A DNA stretch of 64,000 nt from Paraspadella gotoi (taxonomy: Eukaryota > Animalia > Chaetognatha): the NCBI GenBank assembly GCA_051294375.1, contig CM119267.1, positions 5,817,992 through 5,881,991 of the forward strand. Direction: 5' to 3'. The notes under the pieces were generated by a model. That model made no database searches, was not told where the DNA came from, and saw nothing but the letters and a program-made list of their open reading frames with translations. The position numbers were made by a program, and so were the translations under genes. This document shows, piece after piece, positions 22,369 through 36,200 of the stretch; positions within the stretch are counted from its first letter, which is position 1; each line of letters starts with the position of its first letter.

Positions 22369-25300
22369 TTAATTTTCCCCAGTATCCTGCTGCATAATGG
22401 AGTCTCTGGTGCAACTGTCGTCGTCCATCGCCAGGGGCGAAAGTTCGGTGGAAGCCTTGACGCTCTCGGAGCAAAAGCTGTGATCGGTGGCCATGATGGT
22501 GGGAGAGTTGGATCTGGAGGCGCCGGGACTGGTCGGGATTGAGGCCAGGCTGGACGTCATGGAGACTAAGTCGCCGCCAGCCTCCTCACCGCGACCAGGG
22601 GAACTGGACACCGAGGACATGGAGACGTCGACGACCGGCGCCGACGTCTCCGGCGGCAAGGGGGACGGCTGTTGCAACGATGGCGGCAAGGGTTGGATCA
22701 TGGAAAGAGCGGGCTTACCGCGGCCGGAAGGCGGCGAGCTCTGGGGCGTTGAGGACGATGATAGGTTTCTGAAGGCGGGATCGGTGAGCTTTTCCATGAA
22801 GCGGTCGAGTTGGCGCAGGGAGAGTGAGCAGTGGAGAGTCTCCAGCGGACGAATCGACGGAATACCCTCGCCGCAAGTCAAGAGCTTCTCGTTGGCGGAG
22901 GCCGCCGTCACGTAGTCCAGATCCAGAAGGTTTGGTGCAGACGACGACCCCGTCAGCAATTTGGTACTGAACAAAGAGGTGAAGGTGACGCCCTGGCGAG
23001 GACGCGCCACGCTCGAGACGCCATGGAAAGTGGCGTAAGGCTGATGCTTAGAAGAGGACAAAAAGGAGGAGCTGTCGCTGGAGACGTCGGACTTGCTAGG
23101 CGGCCGAGAGGGACCTTCTCCCTTCCGCGGTGGCGAAGTGGACGAATCCGATGCCATCGATGCCAGCTTTTTCTTAGCGCCATCAAGAGTGTCATCGTCC
23201 GCTAGACCGGTGGCTTTTGTCTGCGACAAAGGAGCCTCTAACGGGCGCACTTCGTGGACGACGCCCTCCTCAGCGTTGGTGCGTGCCAAAGTGGCACGAT
23301 CCGGTCCAGAAGAGTTTCCGATCGGCGTGCAAGCGCCAGATCCTTCCTCCGATACCGCTGGAAGCGAGGTCGTCGGAGATTTACTGAGGGGCGCCGGGGC
23401 TGGCTCAGGGGCAACCGTCCGACAGCGTGCAGCTCGCTCACGCAGCGGAGGCGGCGTGGGCGGCGGCTCCGTCTTGCACTTTTTCACGCTGGAAGGAGAG
23501 ACAACTCCGGCCATTGAGTAGGAGCGGACGTTCTTCTCCAGGATGCCAGTGATGGCGCCGGCGCTGAAGTGCAGTTCTACGTGGAAGCGTTCCTCCGAGC
23601 TGGGCTCCTTCTTTGGATCCTCGTACAGCATGATGACAATCTGGGTGAGATAGTTGAGTTCCGAGACGGCGGATAGATACTCCATAGCGCGGCGCCACTG
23701 GGAGTCCGCCTGGTCGTCGCAAAGACCCCCAAACTGAATAACGTTTAGAAACGAGTGAATGTGACTTTCGCTGGTGAAGTATAGTCGAGTTCGCACGTGG
23801 CGGTAGGGGGATTGAATCCCCTTCGTGTATCGGTAGTTTGAATATCTGCGCGCAAAAGAGAGAAGATATTTTAAAATCGATGAGTCTAATCGAGAGACGT
23901 GTACAATTATTCGAGAAAAATTCAAAACAATTATATCAAGATAAATTCCACACCTGGGATCCAATCGTGAGCAATCATCAAGGTCAAAATCATTTTCAAT
24001 GACGCGCTGGAAATCCATGCGAATTTTACGAAGAAGAGGAGTTAAAATCCCCTGGCCAATATCCAGTTTCTCCTCAACGTTGATGCCATATTCTAGTGGG
24101 ATGACCAAATCAGCCAGAGCCTGATGAGAAAAACGAAGAAAAATTTTAAAATTTGTATTTTTAGTACATTGTATGTAATTAGATTTGAAGTTACAGACTC
24201 ACCTTCGAACACGTAAAGAACTCTTGGGCTCTTTTGAATTCCAAAAATCTTTGGTTGTGTTGGTAGTCGTACTAAAATTTTTTTTTTTTTATTGAACTGG
24301 TCTTAATTAAACTTTGCTCAATGCTCATATTCAATACAACAATCAACAAATTAGTCTTACCTTAATGCAATCGTAAATATCTGGGACCTTGCTGATGTCA
24401 AACTTTCCATTTTTCATCTTGAAATCCTTTTTCAGCTTTTCCCACCTACAAAATAGTCCAAACAAATAAATTACGGTAAAACTGGGGAAGTCGAAACTGT
24501 AAATTTTAATACCTTCTGTACATCAAGTCCCAACTCTCTTGGTGATAAAGCACGTCATTTTGGCAATTGGGATCATCCCGCTTGGCTTTGATGAGACGAA
24601 GCATATCGGCGATGAGGTTGGCTATCCTCTCGCACATTTTGGTCGGGTTTCGAACGAACTTCATGGCTTTGAAGATGGCTTTGGATCCTGAGCTTCCGCC
24701 GCGCGCCAAAATCTCGTAGTCGGCGTCGTCGAAGTCTGTCGTCTTTTGCAACGCACTGTGAATGCGCGCTTTGACGACTAAAAAGTTTTTTAAAAAATTA
24801 TAATAATTAAATATGTACAATTGTACATAGATATTAGATACAATATTAGATACAATAGATACATAAATACATACATAGATACAATATTAAATAATGAATG
24901 TAATCAAATGGCTAAGCCAACTGTCCTACCCACCGTTTTGCAGACTGGCGACTTGAGAGTCGTTGTCGAGCAGTCCGTTGGTATTGGCGCTCTTCACCAT
25001 CTGCACGAGGATGGGAGTGAGTTCTCCCTCGAGGTCGAGAAGTCCTTTGGTGAATGCGGCCGCCGTCATCTGGACTCGCCCCTCGTCGGAGGCGTAGATC
25101 TTGAGATCGTGCCTGAAGGTGCTCTGAAGGCGAAGGAGGCCGAGACCGAGGTCGCTCCCGTTGCCGCTCGGGCGAAGACGACGAGTCGGTGTCGACTGCG
25201 ACCGCTTGTAGTCCGCGTTTCCAGCATCCTCGGTTTCCGAATCTTGAGAGGAAGAGGAGGATTTGGGAAAGGAGGAACGCCGTTGGGGCTTGGAGGGAGG

Positions 25301-27480
25301 CTCCTGGGAGAGTAAGGTGCCGGGGAGTTCGACCTCCGGACTGCGCTCGGTGGCGCCTCCGAATCCGCGCGGATCGTCGAGGCCGACGTCTTCGGCGTTT
25401 CCCTCTTGACTGACGGTGTCTGGATAGAGTCGGCGAAAAGCTTTTCCCAGCTCTTCAGCCTGAATCCGTCCGGCCGGAGTCAATTCTCCGCCCCACTTGA
25501 GGACGAGCTCTAGACGCGGACGGTCGTTGTCGGCATCGTCGTCACGCGACGCGTTGGCATCTTCCTCGGAACTTGAGATTAATCCCCCGCGAGGTTCGCC
25601 GCTTCCACGTCGCCGGCCGCAGTCGCTAAGTTGGGTGGTGGAGGAGGAGGAAGCGGCGGTGGTAACCAGACTCTGCACCGAATCCCGATGGTTGAAGTTA
25701 GGAGCCGAGGGGGAACCGGAAGTGGTGACGCACGTAGTGGAACTCGTCATCGACGCGGGGGCGCTCCCGCCCGCCTGGACCGACTTTGGATATCTGAGTA
25801 TGCACTTTCTATAGACCCCACTGAAGTGCCCGTACAGCTCCAACACGACGACCATCTGCAATAGCTTTCCTCTCTTCTCTTCGATGTTGTCGGCCTGGAC
25901 GCCGCCGGTGTCCATTTCTCTCAGCAGGAACCTAGTCAAATCGAGAATCTCTTGCAATTGCGTTGGATGCTTCAGTTTCACGTTGCCCTTGGTATAACCG
26001 CCGTATTTTTCGAAAATCTCGAAAAACTTGGGGTGCCTGATTTCCATCTTCATCTTCTGCTTGGGAGTTCGATCCCCGTGACGCAGGACGGCAGTGACGC
26101 ACCGCAACTCCATCATGGCGCCGGAGGTGGTCGTCACGATGGGGCAGTCCTCGTCGATCTGGATGGCGTTGACCCAAGGGATGCCCTTTCTCTCGCCCAG
26201 CTCCCTCATTATCATGTTGCCCAGAATCTTGGCGCAATCGTCGTAGTATTTGTTGCTGTTCTTGACGAAACTGAAACCATTCACGTCGCAGACGAAGGTT
26301 TTCCCATTCGTTCTCAGCAGATCGAAGCCGCACACGTTTTGCTTGAAGGCGAGGACGATGGTTCTCGAGATGACTTTTTCCCTGGCCGAGAGAATCACTG
26401 GGTAGCGAATCTCTTTCCCGTCGGCGTCCCGATCCACTTTGCCGTCCAGCGCAGGCGACTTGCGCGCCTCTGCGTGGGCGTAGTCGGGCCCGACGGTGTA
26501 TACCTTTAAGGGGCGGAGTTTATACATAACGTAAAATATTTTTTCTAACATTTTTTATTAATTTTATCTCTTTCTCTCTCTCTCTCTCCCTCTCTCTCTC
26601 TCTCTCCCTACCCTATTTCCAGTTATTTTGTCATTTCTCGTTTTTCTCTCTTGTTTTAATCATGAATTATGAAATATGGTTAAGCAATGTTAAATTAAAT
26701 ATGTTGCTCCTTTCTAAATAAATATCTCAAAAAACATAAATTGTATATGAAGTGAATTTTCAAGGATTCCTAATCAATTTAAGAGCAACTGACTTTGACG
26801 TCGGTCCCGTCGGTCGGCGTGAACTCCTCGTAGATGTAAGAGCCTTCGCGACGGATGCGAGACTCGGATGAGTAAACACTGCTGCGACTTCCGATCTTGC
26901 GGAAGAGGCGCTGACTTCCTCCGCCGGCCGATGACGGGTAATAGATGTAAACGTTGTGGTCCTCGGCGGAGAGAGGCTTTTCAACGAAGGGTTTGTGAAA
27001 GACTTGATCGCCGATCTCGATCCAATCGTCGTGCTCGACGATGTCCGCCTCGTTCGGACGAGTCGGATCGCGGATGAGCACCGCGTAGCGAGGCAGCTCC
27101 ACGCCGTGGGCCGCCAGCGTTTCGTGGACCCGCTGACGGTCCTGGAGGTGGAGCTGAGTCTCCAGATCGTTGATGAGGAAAGGTTTTCTGAGATCCGCGT
27201 ATTCGATGGCTTTTTCTAATGGGAACCCGTTGGAATAGAAAGAGAGGAAAGCGTCGCAGAGCGGCCAGGCCTCTGGAGGCTCGTTGAGGATGACAGATTC
27301 GGGGAAGACGAGGACGTCGATATGCTCGAAGCGGGCCAGGCGACCAAGGATCTGCTGCATCGGCTTGGACGAACACTTCTTCTCCATGGCCGCGATGCCG
27401 CAGACGAGCCTCTCTCCATCGACGGCGTCCGACGTCTCCGGAAAGACGGAGTCGTCCTCAAACCGATCGCCGGCGTTCAT
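22369..27480 (-). CDS. PPIP5K: Inositol hexakisphosphate/diphosphoinositol-pentakisphosphate kinase (PPIP5K/Vip1), multi-exon
   Basis: ATP-grasp kinase motifs ([33 protein letters not shown]) and His-phosphatase motifs [17 protein letters not shown] and [11 protein letters not shown]. Confidence 0.95.
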
Positions 27481-27744
27481 CTTCAGGCGGAAGCGATTAG
27501 TTAAAAAAAAAAAGCGCAAAAAAAAAAAAAAAAAGCGGAAGCGATTAAAAATATGAGCTAGTCCCTCTTTGGTTTCTTCGAGATTCGGGGCCGAGGGAAA
27601 AACCCCGAAGTCGCGGGGCAGAGATCACATAGTTTCGAAACCCTTTTATAATTGGCCCAAAACGTTTGGTAGATTTTCATGAATAAAACTATTAAAAGGA
27701 GTAGAAAACAATAAATAATAGGAACTTTAACAACGTTAATTTTG

Positions 27745-30047
27745 TCATGAGATCCACTTGGCGTTTGACAAATCGATGACTAATGGTTTCTCCTCGACCA
27801 AGGGTCGCGTCTCGCTCGAAACGACATTCGACCCACCCTCTCCCGCTTTTTTAGTTTTTTCCACAATCTCGTCCTCCTCGTCCTCCTCGTCCTCTTCCTC
27901 CCCATCATCTTCATCTACGAAGATTACCGTCTTCTCCTCTTCCTCCCTTTTCGGCTCTTCCCCCGCCCAGGGATCGCCCCGACATTGGCGGAGATGAGCG
28001 TCCAGGGATTTTTTCTTTCTCGAGTTCCAACCGCAACGAAAGCAATAGTAGAGTTTTCGTTCCGTTCGCGTCCGTCGCTTGGGCCCGTCGCCGATTGGGT
28101 CTTTAGGCGACTTGGACGACACGGCCGTCGAACTTCCCTTCTCGTCGGAACCCGTCGCTCCGCCAGTTTTCGCCTGGCACTTGAGTCTGTGCCGCTTGAG
28201 GTAAGAGAGGGCGGGAAAGGCCCATCCGCAGTCCGGACACTCCATCCGAGGTCGATCGTGTTTGAAGCGATAATGAGTGCTGAGGCTTTTCTGGTGGCGA
28301 AACTTTTGCCCGCAGGCCGAGCAAACGAGCGTGGGCGGTTCATCGACCTGAAGAACAGCGCCGCACTTTTTAGCGTGTTGCTTGAGATGCGAAGAATAGG
28401 GAAAAGATCGCCGACAAGCGGGGCATTGGTAAGGTTCCTCGCCGGTGTGCTTTCGCTCGTGAACCTTGCGCGAGGCGGCGTGTGTGTAGACCTTATCACA
28501 ATAACGACACTTGTAGCTATATTTCTTATTTGTTTTTGAAATTGGTTCTAGACCGCGAGATGGAGATTGCAAAGTTCGACGCGAGGACGAGTCGTCTTCC
28601 ACTATGACGTCGCCAGCGCCGTCGCTTTCCGCTCCGGCGTCCTCTTCGTCGTCGTCGTCGCGCGTTTCCGGAGAGGCGCAGTTAGAATCCACGATGACGC
28701 ATTCGGGATTCGCTGAGGAAGTAACGGCGGCTGCGCCGCTTTCATCGAACGCCGCGATGGAGGCGAACTTTCCCCCGTCGGTCGTGGGTAAGGTTTGCAC
28801 AAAGGCCTTTTCCTCGCGACCTTGACCCACGAGAAAAACGTTTGACTGCAGCACCTCACAGACGGAGTTGGAGTCGTCTTCCTCGACGGAGGGAGGGAGG
28901 TCGACGACGACGGGGTTTTTCTTCCCCCACGACCGCCGAGGATTGATGGGGAAACTCATTCTCTCGATCTGCTTGACGGCGACGGGCATTTGGTGATTCG
29001 CCGTCGCATAGCCCATCAAATCCGTCTGCGATTCCTTCTCGACGTATTTCGTCGACGTCGTCACCGTTGTCATCGATGACGTGGTCAATGCGGCGGACAA
29101 GGCCGACGAGACTGGCGGCGGAGGCGGTAAAGGCGGCGGCTGCGGAACCAACGTCGGGTCGAACACGGTGGAGGCGCTAATGAACTGGACGTCGTCGTAT
29201 GGCGGCATGTCGGGGTCGTTGGGATCCTGGACGCCGCGGAGTTCGCTTTTGACGGCCTTGAGATCTGTCCAATTGACGACGACGACTTGGCCGGGTTGCG
29301 CGGGATTTGCGAATGTTGATGGGACCGTGGAATAGACTGGAAAAGCGGCGGGGAGGGCCTTTGGGTAATCGTTATTACTATTATTTATAGCAATATGTCA
29401 CCAAATATGATACTAGTGTTAGGGTTAATAAAGCTTATTTTAAAACCCACCTGACTAGGAGCTGCCAACGAATTTGACGACGGAATCACGTAAGACTGGA
29501 TGGTGGTTTGAAGACTCGACGGAAGGTTGGATGAGACAGTATTATGGTTCGTGATAATGACGTCGGGATGATCTGTGGCTGCGGCGGCGAAGTTCTGAAG
29601 AGGGCCGACCGGCGGCTCGTCCAGACGAATGACTTCTGAGGTGACGTTGGGTCGACAGGCCTCTATGACCACATCGGCGTCTCTGGCGTCGCTCTTGTAC
29701 GACTCGTGAAGAATGTCGCGGTAAAACTCTTCAACTTTGATGTGAAAGTCCAGGGGGATGATTTCGTCGTCGTCTTCGTCGTCTTCCATCTCGTCGCCCT
29801 CTTCGTCCGACCACCGGTTCTCCTGCTTCAACTTTTTTAAAACTTCGTCTCTCTTCCGCGAAGCGGCGGCGTCCGGCGCCGTTTCCGACGTCACGACACC
29901 GGGTTCCAGCGGCGTCATTCCCGTTTCCGGTGTTGAAATACCAGTTTGTAGCGACTGACGATTCGAAGCGTGGCCTTCAGACGTGGAGGGTTCGTTGGCG
30001 ACGTCGGTTGATTCGACTGAAGAAATCCTATCGTTGGGAGCGTTCAT
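27745..30047 (-). CDS. C2H2 zinc-finger protein; 2 exons
   Basis: Five C2H2/C2HC fingers with an HTGEEPY linker, preceded by a long low-complexity N-terminus. Confidence 0.8.
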
Positions 30048-30232
30048 GTCTCTTGACTAATCGCCTGATCTTATCTATGACTCTTTTTCTAAACGTAAAA
30101 AACGTTACTCGCTTAAAAAGGCGCAATTGCGTCAAAGAGAATCATTAGACGAAATAAACCGAATAAAACAACGAAAAAAACGGAAATTTTTTATCGACTT
30201 TTTCTAAAGTTTGAGGATAAAGAACTTCGATA
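30048..30232. promoter_or_regulatory. Divergent (bidirectional) promoter region between the zinc-finger gene and TTC29
   Basis: Head-to-head ATGs only 185 nt apart. Confidence 0.55.
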
Positions 30233-33200
30233 ATGGAATTTGACGGATTCGGGTTTCTGCGTCCGATGATGGTGGTGGTGGACATACAAAACCCCCCAGA
30301 GCGCGACGTTGAGGACGGCTGGGCGGATGCCAACTCCCAACTAATCCGTCAGCGTGGGCAAAGTTTAGAGGTTACTCAACTATATCCCTTGTTTAAAAAC
30401 AAACGGAAAATATTAATTTCAACGCGTGTTGGGTTTTTCATACAGGCCAAGAACTTCAATTGGATGCATGGCAAAGAATCCCCATTAGAACACTACGAAA
30501 TCAACCCTAAGTCCCATACTCCCACAAAGACTCCGCGGAAGAATTTGGTCGTAAGTCGAAGGTTCCAGACGAGCCGAAGCTCTCTCAATCCGCGAAGTTT
30601 GTTGAACGAGATTCGCCGGGGTCGGTTGAGCGGAATTCGCGACCCACTCTCCGTCCTCGACTCGAACATCCGTCTGCCACCGATTAAGACTAAGTCGGCG
30701 GCCGAGATGGGCGCCTCGGTAAATTGGAAGAAAAATGAAAAGATTGAGAGGGGATCCATCGGACTCAACGACAACCCGCTCGGCATCAAGCCGTGGACCA
30801 TACCTAAATTGACCCGTCGCGACATCGCTCAGTACAGGAACTCTTTCGCACATAACGTCTGCGCGGACCTTCTGTTCGAGGTGAAACATCTTCGAGTGGC
30901 TCATCGATATTTTATCTATTTATTTTTTTTTTTGCCAGTTTCGTTGTGTCCATCTCTCTGATTCTGTTAATGTTATCATTTGAGCTGGTTTTGTAACAAA
31001 TTTAATATTCAATTACTATTCATCGCATGTAAAAAATCAAAGCTTTTGAAAGGGAAAAAAATCAAATGGAAAATCATAAAAACTAGAAATAGATATTTTC
31101 GGACACGGCTTTACTCTCTTCCCCTCGAGGGTTTCCATAACTCCTTCGCCGAGATCTTCGCTATGGTTCGCCAGAACAAGTCTGACCGCGACCAGTCTGC
31201 GCCCAACGACGAGCTGCGAAACATTTCCTTGCTCGAACACTCTCCCCGCAAGCTGGAGCGCATAAAGAAGACCCTGATGGAGAGCGAGTCGATCGAACGG
31301 CAATTTAAGCTCTTCCCGGAACGATTCAAGCCGTTGGAGGAGGCGATCGTCAGGAGGAGTACGATTCTTGGATCCGCGCGCGGTTCCGCTTGTCGAGGCT
31401 CGGGGTTCGAGGCCGATCTTCTAACCGCGGATTCGAGAAAGGAAGTTACGGAGAGTCTCGGCGAGTATTCGTTTTGAAGAGTGCTGACGAGGAGGGAGTG
31501 CAAAATATCATATCAAATTCTCTTATTTTCCCTTTTTCCAACGAAGTCTCCGAGTCAGTGTGGCAACACAATTACGCTTTTAAGGGTCATAAACACCCCT
31601 ATATGAGAATGTACGAGCTCCGCTACAGCACCGCGGTTTTCTTCTCCCGCCAAGATGACTTTTGGCTTGCGCACTACTTCTTCGAATCGGCTAATCGATT
31701 GGCGCTGCTAATTCCAGGCATGTTTAGTAGGGTGGAGTGATGAAAAGATTGAGCGATGGAACAATGTTTTTTGCTGCCTTTGTATATGTAATATAAAATA
31801 AACCCTTTTTCAAAAAAAATTTGCATAACAGTATTATTAATTGAATTTTTTTATAGTAATATCCTTATAAAATTATAAAATTTCAAAATTATATTTTTTA
31901 AATTTTAAAAACAGTTTTGGATTCGCCGGAAACAACTGAAAAACTTTTGTAAAATATGTTACATGATATTTTTAGGTTAAAGCTGCAAAAAATGACCAAA
32001 ACGTTTTATCATATAATAGTTTCTACTACAAAACAAAAAAGTGAAGAATTTGAACTTTTTAATAACATATTTTATATTTTTGATCTAACTTTTTATGAAG
32101 AATCAGAATCTTTAATAAAAATTTTTAAAAAATTATTTAAAAAATTTTTGAATTTATAAGGATATTACTATAAATATATTGTAATTAATGATACTGTTCC
32201 CCAAACAATATAAGCAAAATATTTTTTGTACTCCTTAATCATACTATCTCACGTCTAAATATCCTTGTTTGTTCACTCAAATAAAAGTTGTTCCCCAGTG
32301 CTCCACTCTAATGTTTAGTACCATGTTTATTGTTTAAGCAACTATATAACTAATACACAGTTGAAAACGTTCCTCAGGGGAGCAGTCGCAGAAAAAATAC
32401 GCCGAATGCTGTCGAGCCTATGGACGTTCCATGGAAAATCATGGACTCTACGAGGAAGCGGCTAAAAGAATGGAGGAATACTTGAGGCTTAGCCAGGAAA
32501 ATAAGTTAGCTCGATTGTCGGCAGCGTATAGAAGGCTTCATATTAGAAAATGAAACATTTTTTCGAGCCGAGAATCGGTTCCGGAATACTGGACTGCCAT
32601 GATGTAAAAAAAATTGTCGCGGTTTGGAAAAGTCAGTTAATTTAATTGTCAAATACATTTTTTGGCCGGTAAATAGGGTTTTAATAATATGTATGACCTC
32701 CCTAGGACTGAAAAAAAGATTCTTTCTAAACAGCATAAAATTATTTAATGCATATAAATATTCCAAAAGAGGTTGTCTCTATTTTCACTTCTTTTAGATC
32801 AAGAGGACTGCTCACTAGGGTGAAGTGAAAGTTTGGAATCAAAATTTAACAGTTATATCTTATATTATATATATATATATTCACTATATCATATTACTGA
32901 ATGCTATTCTGTAGTTATTTTTTTAAAAATATAGTAGCCCAGTCAGCTTATTTTGTATATACGACTACCCTTATATAATGTTAAAATTTTAAAACGGTTT
33001 TAGTTTAATTCTGAGAACTGATTCAGATTTATCGTTAAAAGTTGATAAAAAATTTAAAAAAATCTTTTTCAAAAATTATGTCATTAAGTAGGTTAAAATT
33101 ACAAAAAACTATATTTTTAAGCTGGAAATTTAAAATCGGCGTTTTAAATATAGTTTTTTACATTTTTTGACTAACTTAATGATAGAATTGACAAAGTTTT

Positions 33201-36200
33201 TGTTTGCAACGAATTTTATTTATAGTTGAACAGACATGTTTCGACTTGTTTTACAAGTCTTCATCAGCGTTTTTATGACAATATGACTAACTTAATGAAA
33301 ATTAAAAAAAAAAAATTATACTTTCTTATATCAACTTTTTGTAAGGAATCCAAATCTGATCTTAAAATTTAAAAATATGTATTTTAAAATTTTAGCTTAT
33401 TATATACTTATTACTATATATAAATAATTAATAATTAAATATAGCTCACTGGTGCCCACTTATGTATTTTTATTAGTTTTTATTTTCATGTTTATATGCT
33501 AAATTTTATTTTTTTTAAATTTTATTATTTTCACATCACTACTACTAACATTATTGTTTTTGTTATTTCTCTGACAAAATAAAAATTCGTTATAAAAATC
33601 AAAAACTTTGCAAATATTATTTATCAAATAAATTCATAAAAAGAAAAAATAAATTTTAGGCATTTTTCATCGCCTAGGGGTTCAAATGCAGGGCCTTATA
33701 TCTCCTCTCAGGGGTTGAAAATTAAAAATCCCCTGGTTAGTTCCATTTGTATATCCTAGTCTACCTTCATGCCAAATCTTATCAAATTTGATTGTGGAGT
33801 TTGTGCAGAACTGATTCTCGACTCGAAAAACGGCGTATCAATTTTTAATATGAAGCCTTCTGTAGATTATTTTTTACTTAGTATTTCAAACATTATTGTG
33901 TAATCCTTTCGTTTCGTTTCTTTAGGAATTTGCAGGAATACCCCGTGAGCCAAAACCGATGATACGAAAGAAAAATTAATTATACGTAAACTATACGCCA
34001 ATAATAAAACGAGTTTGAGCAAACAATGTCGGATCTGCCTACGATAATTAAGTGGTAATAAGCTAACTTGGTCAACTTGCATAATTTAATCAACTGGCAT
34101 AATTTGGTCAACCGGCATAATTTGGTCAACTGGCATAATTTGGTCAACTGGCATAATTTGGTCAACTGGCATAATTTGGTCAACTGGCATAATTTGGTCA
34201 ACTGGCATAATTTAGTCAATCAATTAATCAATCAATCAATCAGAGATAGAGAGAGAGAAACTTTAAAAAATTCAAATAAATGTTTCTTTTGGTTTTCTAA
34301 TTTGAACTCTTTTCCACTCCTACGATTCCATCAAAAAATTTATATCCAGCTTTATCACATACTTTCCTACCCACACACAAAATTAAATTTCAATTTATCT
34401 ATCAAATTTTTAATAAACATAATAATTATGAGTAAATTTAAGTAAAAATACTTCAAGTAAATTAGACTTTGGTTTTTTTCCATTTTAACTCATTTCCACT
34501 CGCACGATTCCATCGAAACTTCATATCCATCTCAATCACACAGTTTCCTACCCACACACAAAATTTCATACCAATCCATCCATCCAATCACGAGTAATTC
34601 TTCTTAATAAAGGAAAAAACCTTGTCGAATGCTCATAATAACTTTGGTTTCTAAATCACCAAAAGAAAAAAAGAAGATTTTAAAGGTTGGAACCTCAGGA
34701 TAGCTAAGGAATATCCCCTCTTCTCGAACTGATTTTTCTTTAAAAATTAAGGTAAAAAACTTTTATGCAGCGGACGCGGTGATTCACTGGTCACTATCGA
34801 GCTAAAAATATCAATTTTTAAAATTGTCTTGCCATAAGCACTTCTCTTTCTTTAGTTTTTCAATATAAGAAAAGCCAATTAAAGTCATCTTTGTCTTGCC
34901 AATGATCTTTTGGCACAAAAAAGCAGTCTTGGAAATTGCTTAGTCAGCTAGCGAGAATTATTTGAATAAAGGCAGGAGCATCATTCACTCAGGAACCAAA
35001 AGGTTTATGGACTTAATAGTGGGCAAAAAACACCAATACATCTGTAGCACTGCCTTAAAAACTTAATACAAAATTGTTCACTACACTCAATTTTTAACCA
35101 ATACGATCCGCCGACAATTTGGCGATTTTATCATCTTTGTGAGAAAATAGATTTGAAATTGTTAATGATAATTGATTTAAATAAAATTTATACACAAAAA
35201 ACGTCTAGTTATTTATCATTTTAAAAAATCTATGTAAGTCTATCTAAAATCAGTAAAGTACGGCAGTGTTTTTTTTTGTATCATCGGATTTGGCTCACTG
35301 GGTAAGTTTAAATTGTTTGAGACAAGGATTCATTTTATTTTAATTCGGAAACGGACATGTTTCAGCTTGGTTTACAGGCCTTCATCAGCGTTGACGGATT
35401 TGTGAAATATATATCAAATTTGTGCATAAAGAAGACAGTGAGAGAGAGACAGAGTCACAAGGTGAAGTTGAAAAAAAAAAAATCTCTCTCTCTCTCTGTG
35501 TCTTCTTTATGGACAATTTTAATATATATTTTACAAATCTGTCAACGCTGATGAAGGCTTGTAAACCAAGCCAAAACATGTCCGTTTCTAAATTGAAATA
35601 AAATGAATCGTTGTCACAAACAATTTAAACTTATTCCTGAAAATATTTCAAACATAATTTTCAGCTTCCTAAACTGCTAAACATTTTTTTCATAAGAGAA
35701 ATGTGAACACTTAAATTGACTTATTCGGGTGAGTTTTCCCTAAGGTGGATCGGCTTGGACGGAAAGCCGATGGAAAAAGACGCTTGCGTCCAGTTAAGTC
35801 GCATCTACGGTTCATTGGCTAGCAAACTGATGAAATTGACATCCGACATAGAAGGGGAGAAAAACCCTAAAGAGCAAGCGTTGGTATATTACCACAAGGT
35901 TTGCATCGTAATTAGTAATTGAAAAGCTATTAATGTAGTAAAATAATTTATGACCAACCATACTTGGCTCTATCATCAATCTTAATCGCTGTTCATTCCA
36001 TCAATAGTCCTTCAATATGGCCTTCTTGGCGGGGGAGAGAAAAGCTGAGAACATTGCCAGTTTCAAACTGGGATTGGCCCTTCTCTACATGAACCGCCCC
36101 TCTTTATCTCTGGCTTATCTCGAAGTCTACTATCACTTTTGTCAAGTGAGCGCCAATGAGTTCGGCATGGGCAAAGTCTTAGAAGCTTTGGCCCGCGCAA

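Larger units (their letters stand above)
35303..35633. mobile_element. ~331-bp palindrome of two inverted hammerhead-containing Penelope-like pLTR fragments
   Basis: Arms of ~150 bp (TAAGTTTAAATTGTTTG...AGAGAGAG / CTCTCTCT...CAAACAATTTAAACTTA), each carrying a hammerhead followed by AATAAA. Confidence 0.8.

Noticed and set aside
31461-31546. Apparent frameshift or premature stop in TTC29 (pseudogene)
   Set aside because: Resolved by a short GC-AG intron that restores the frame.
33980-34445. Repetitive ORFs (TKLCQL)n and (LVNWHN)n, and a possible CRISPR-like array
   Set aside because: These are translations of an 18-bp minisatellite. There are no unique spacers and the context is a eukaryotic intron.
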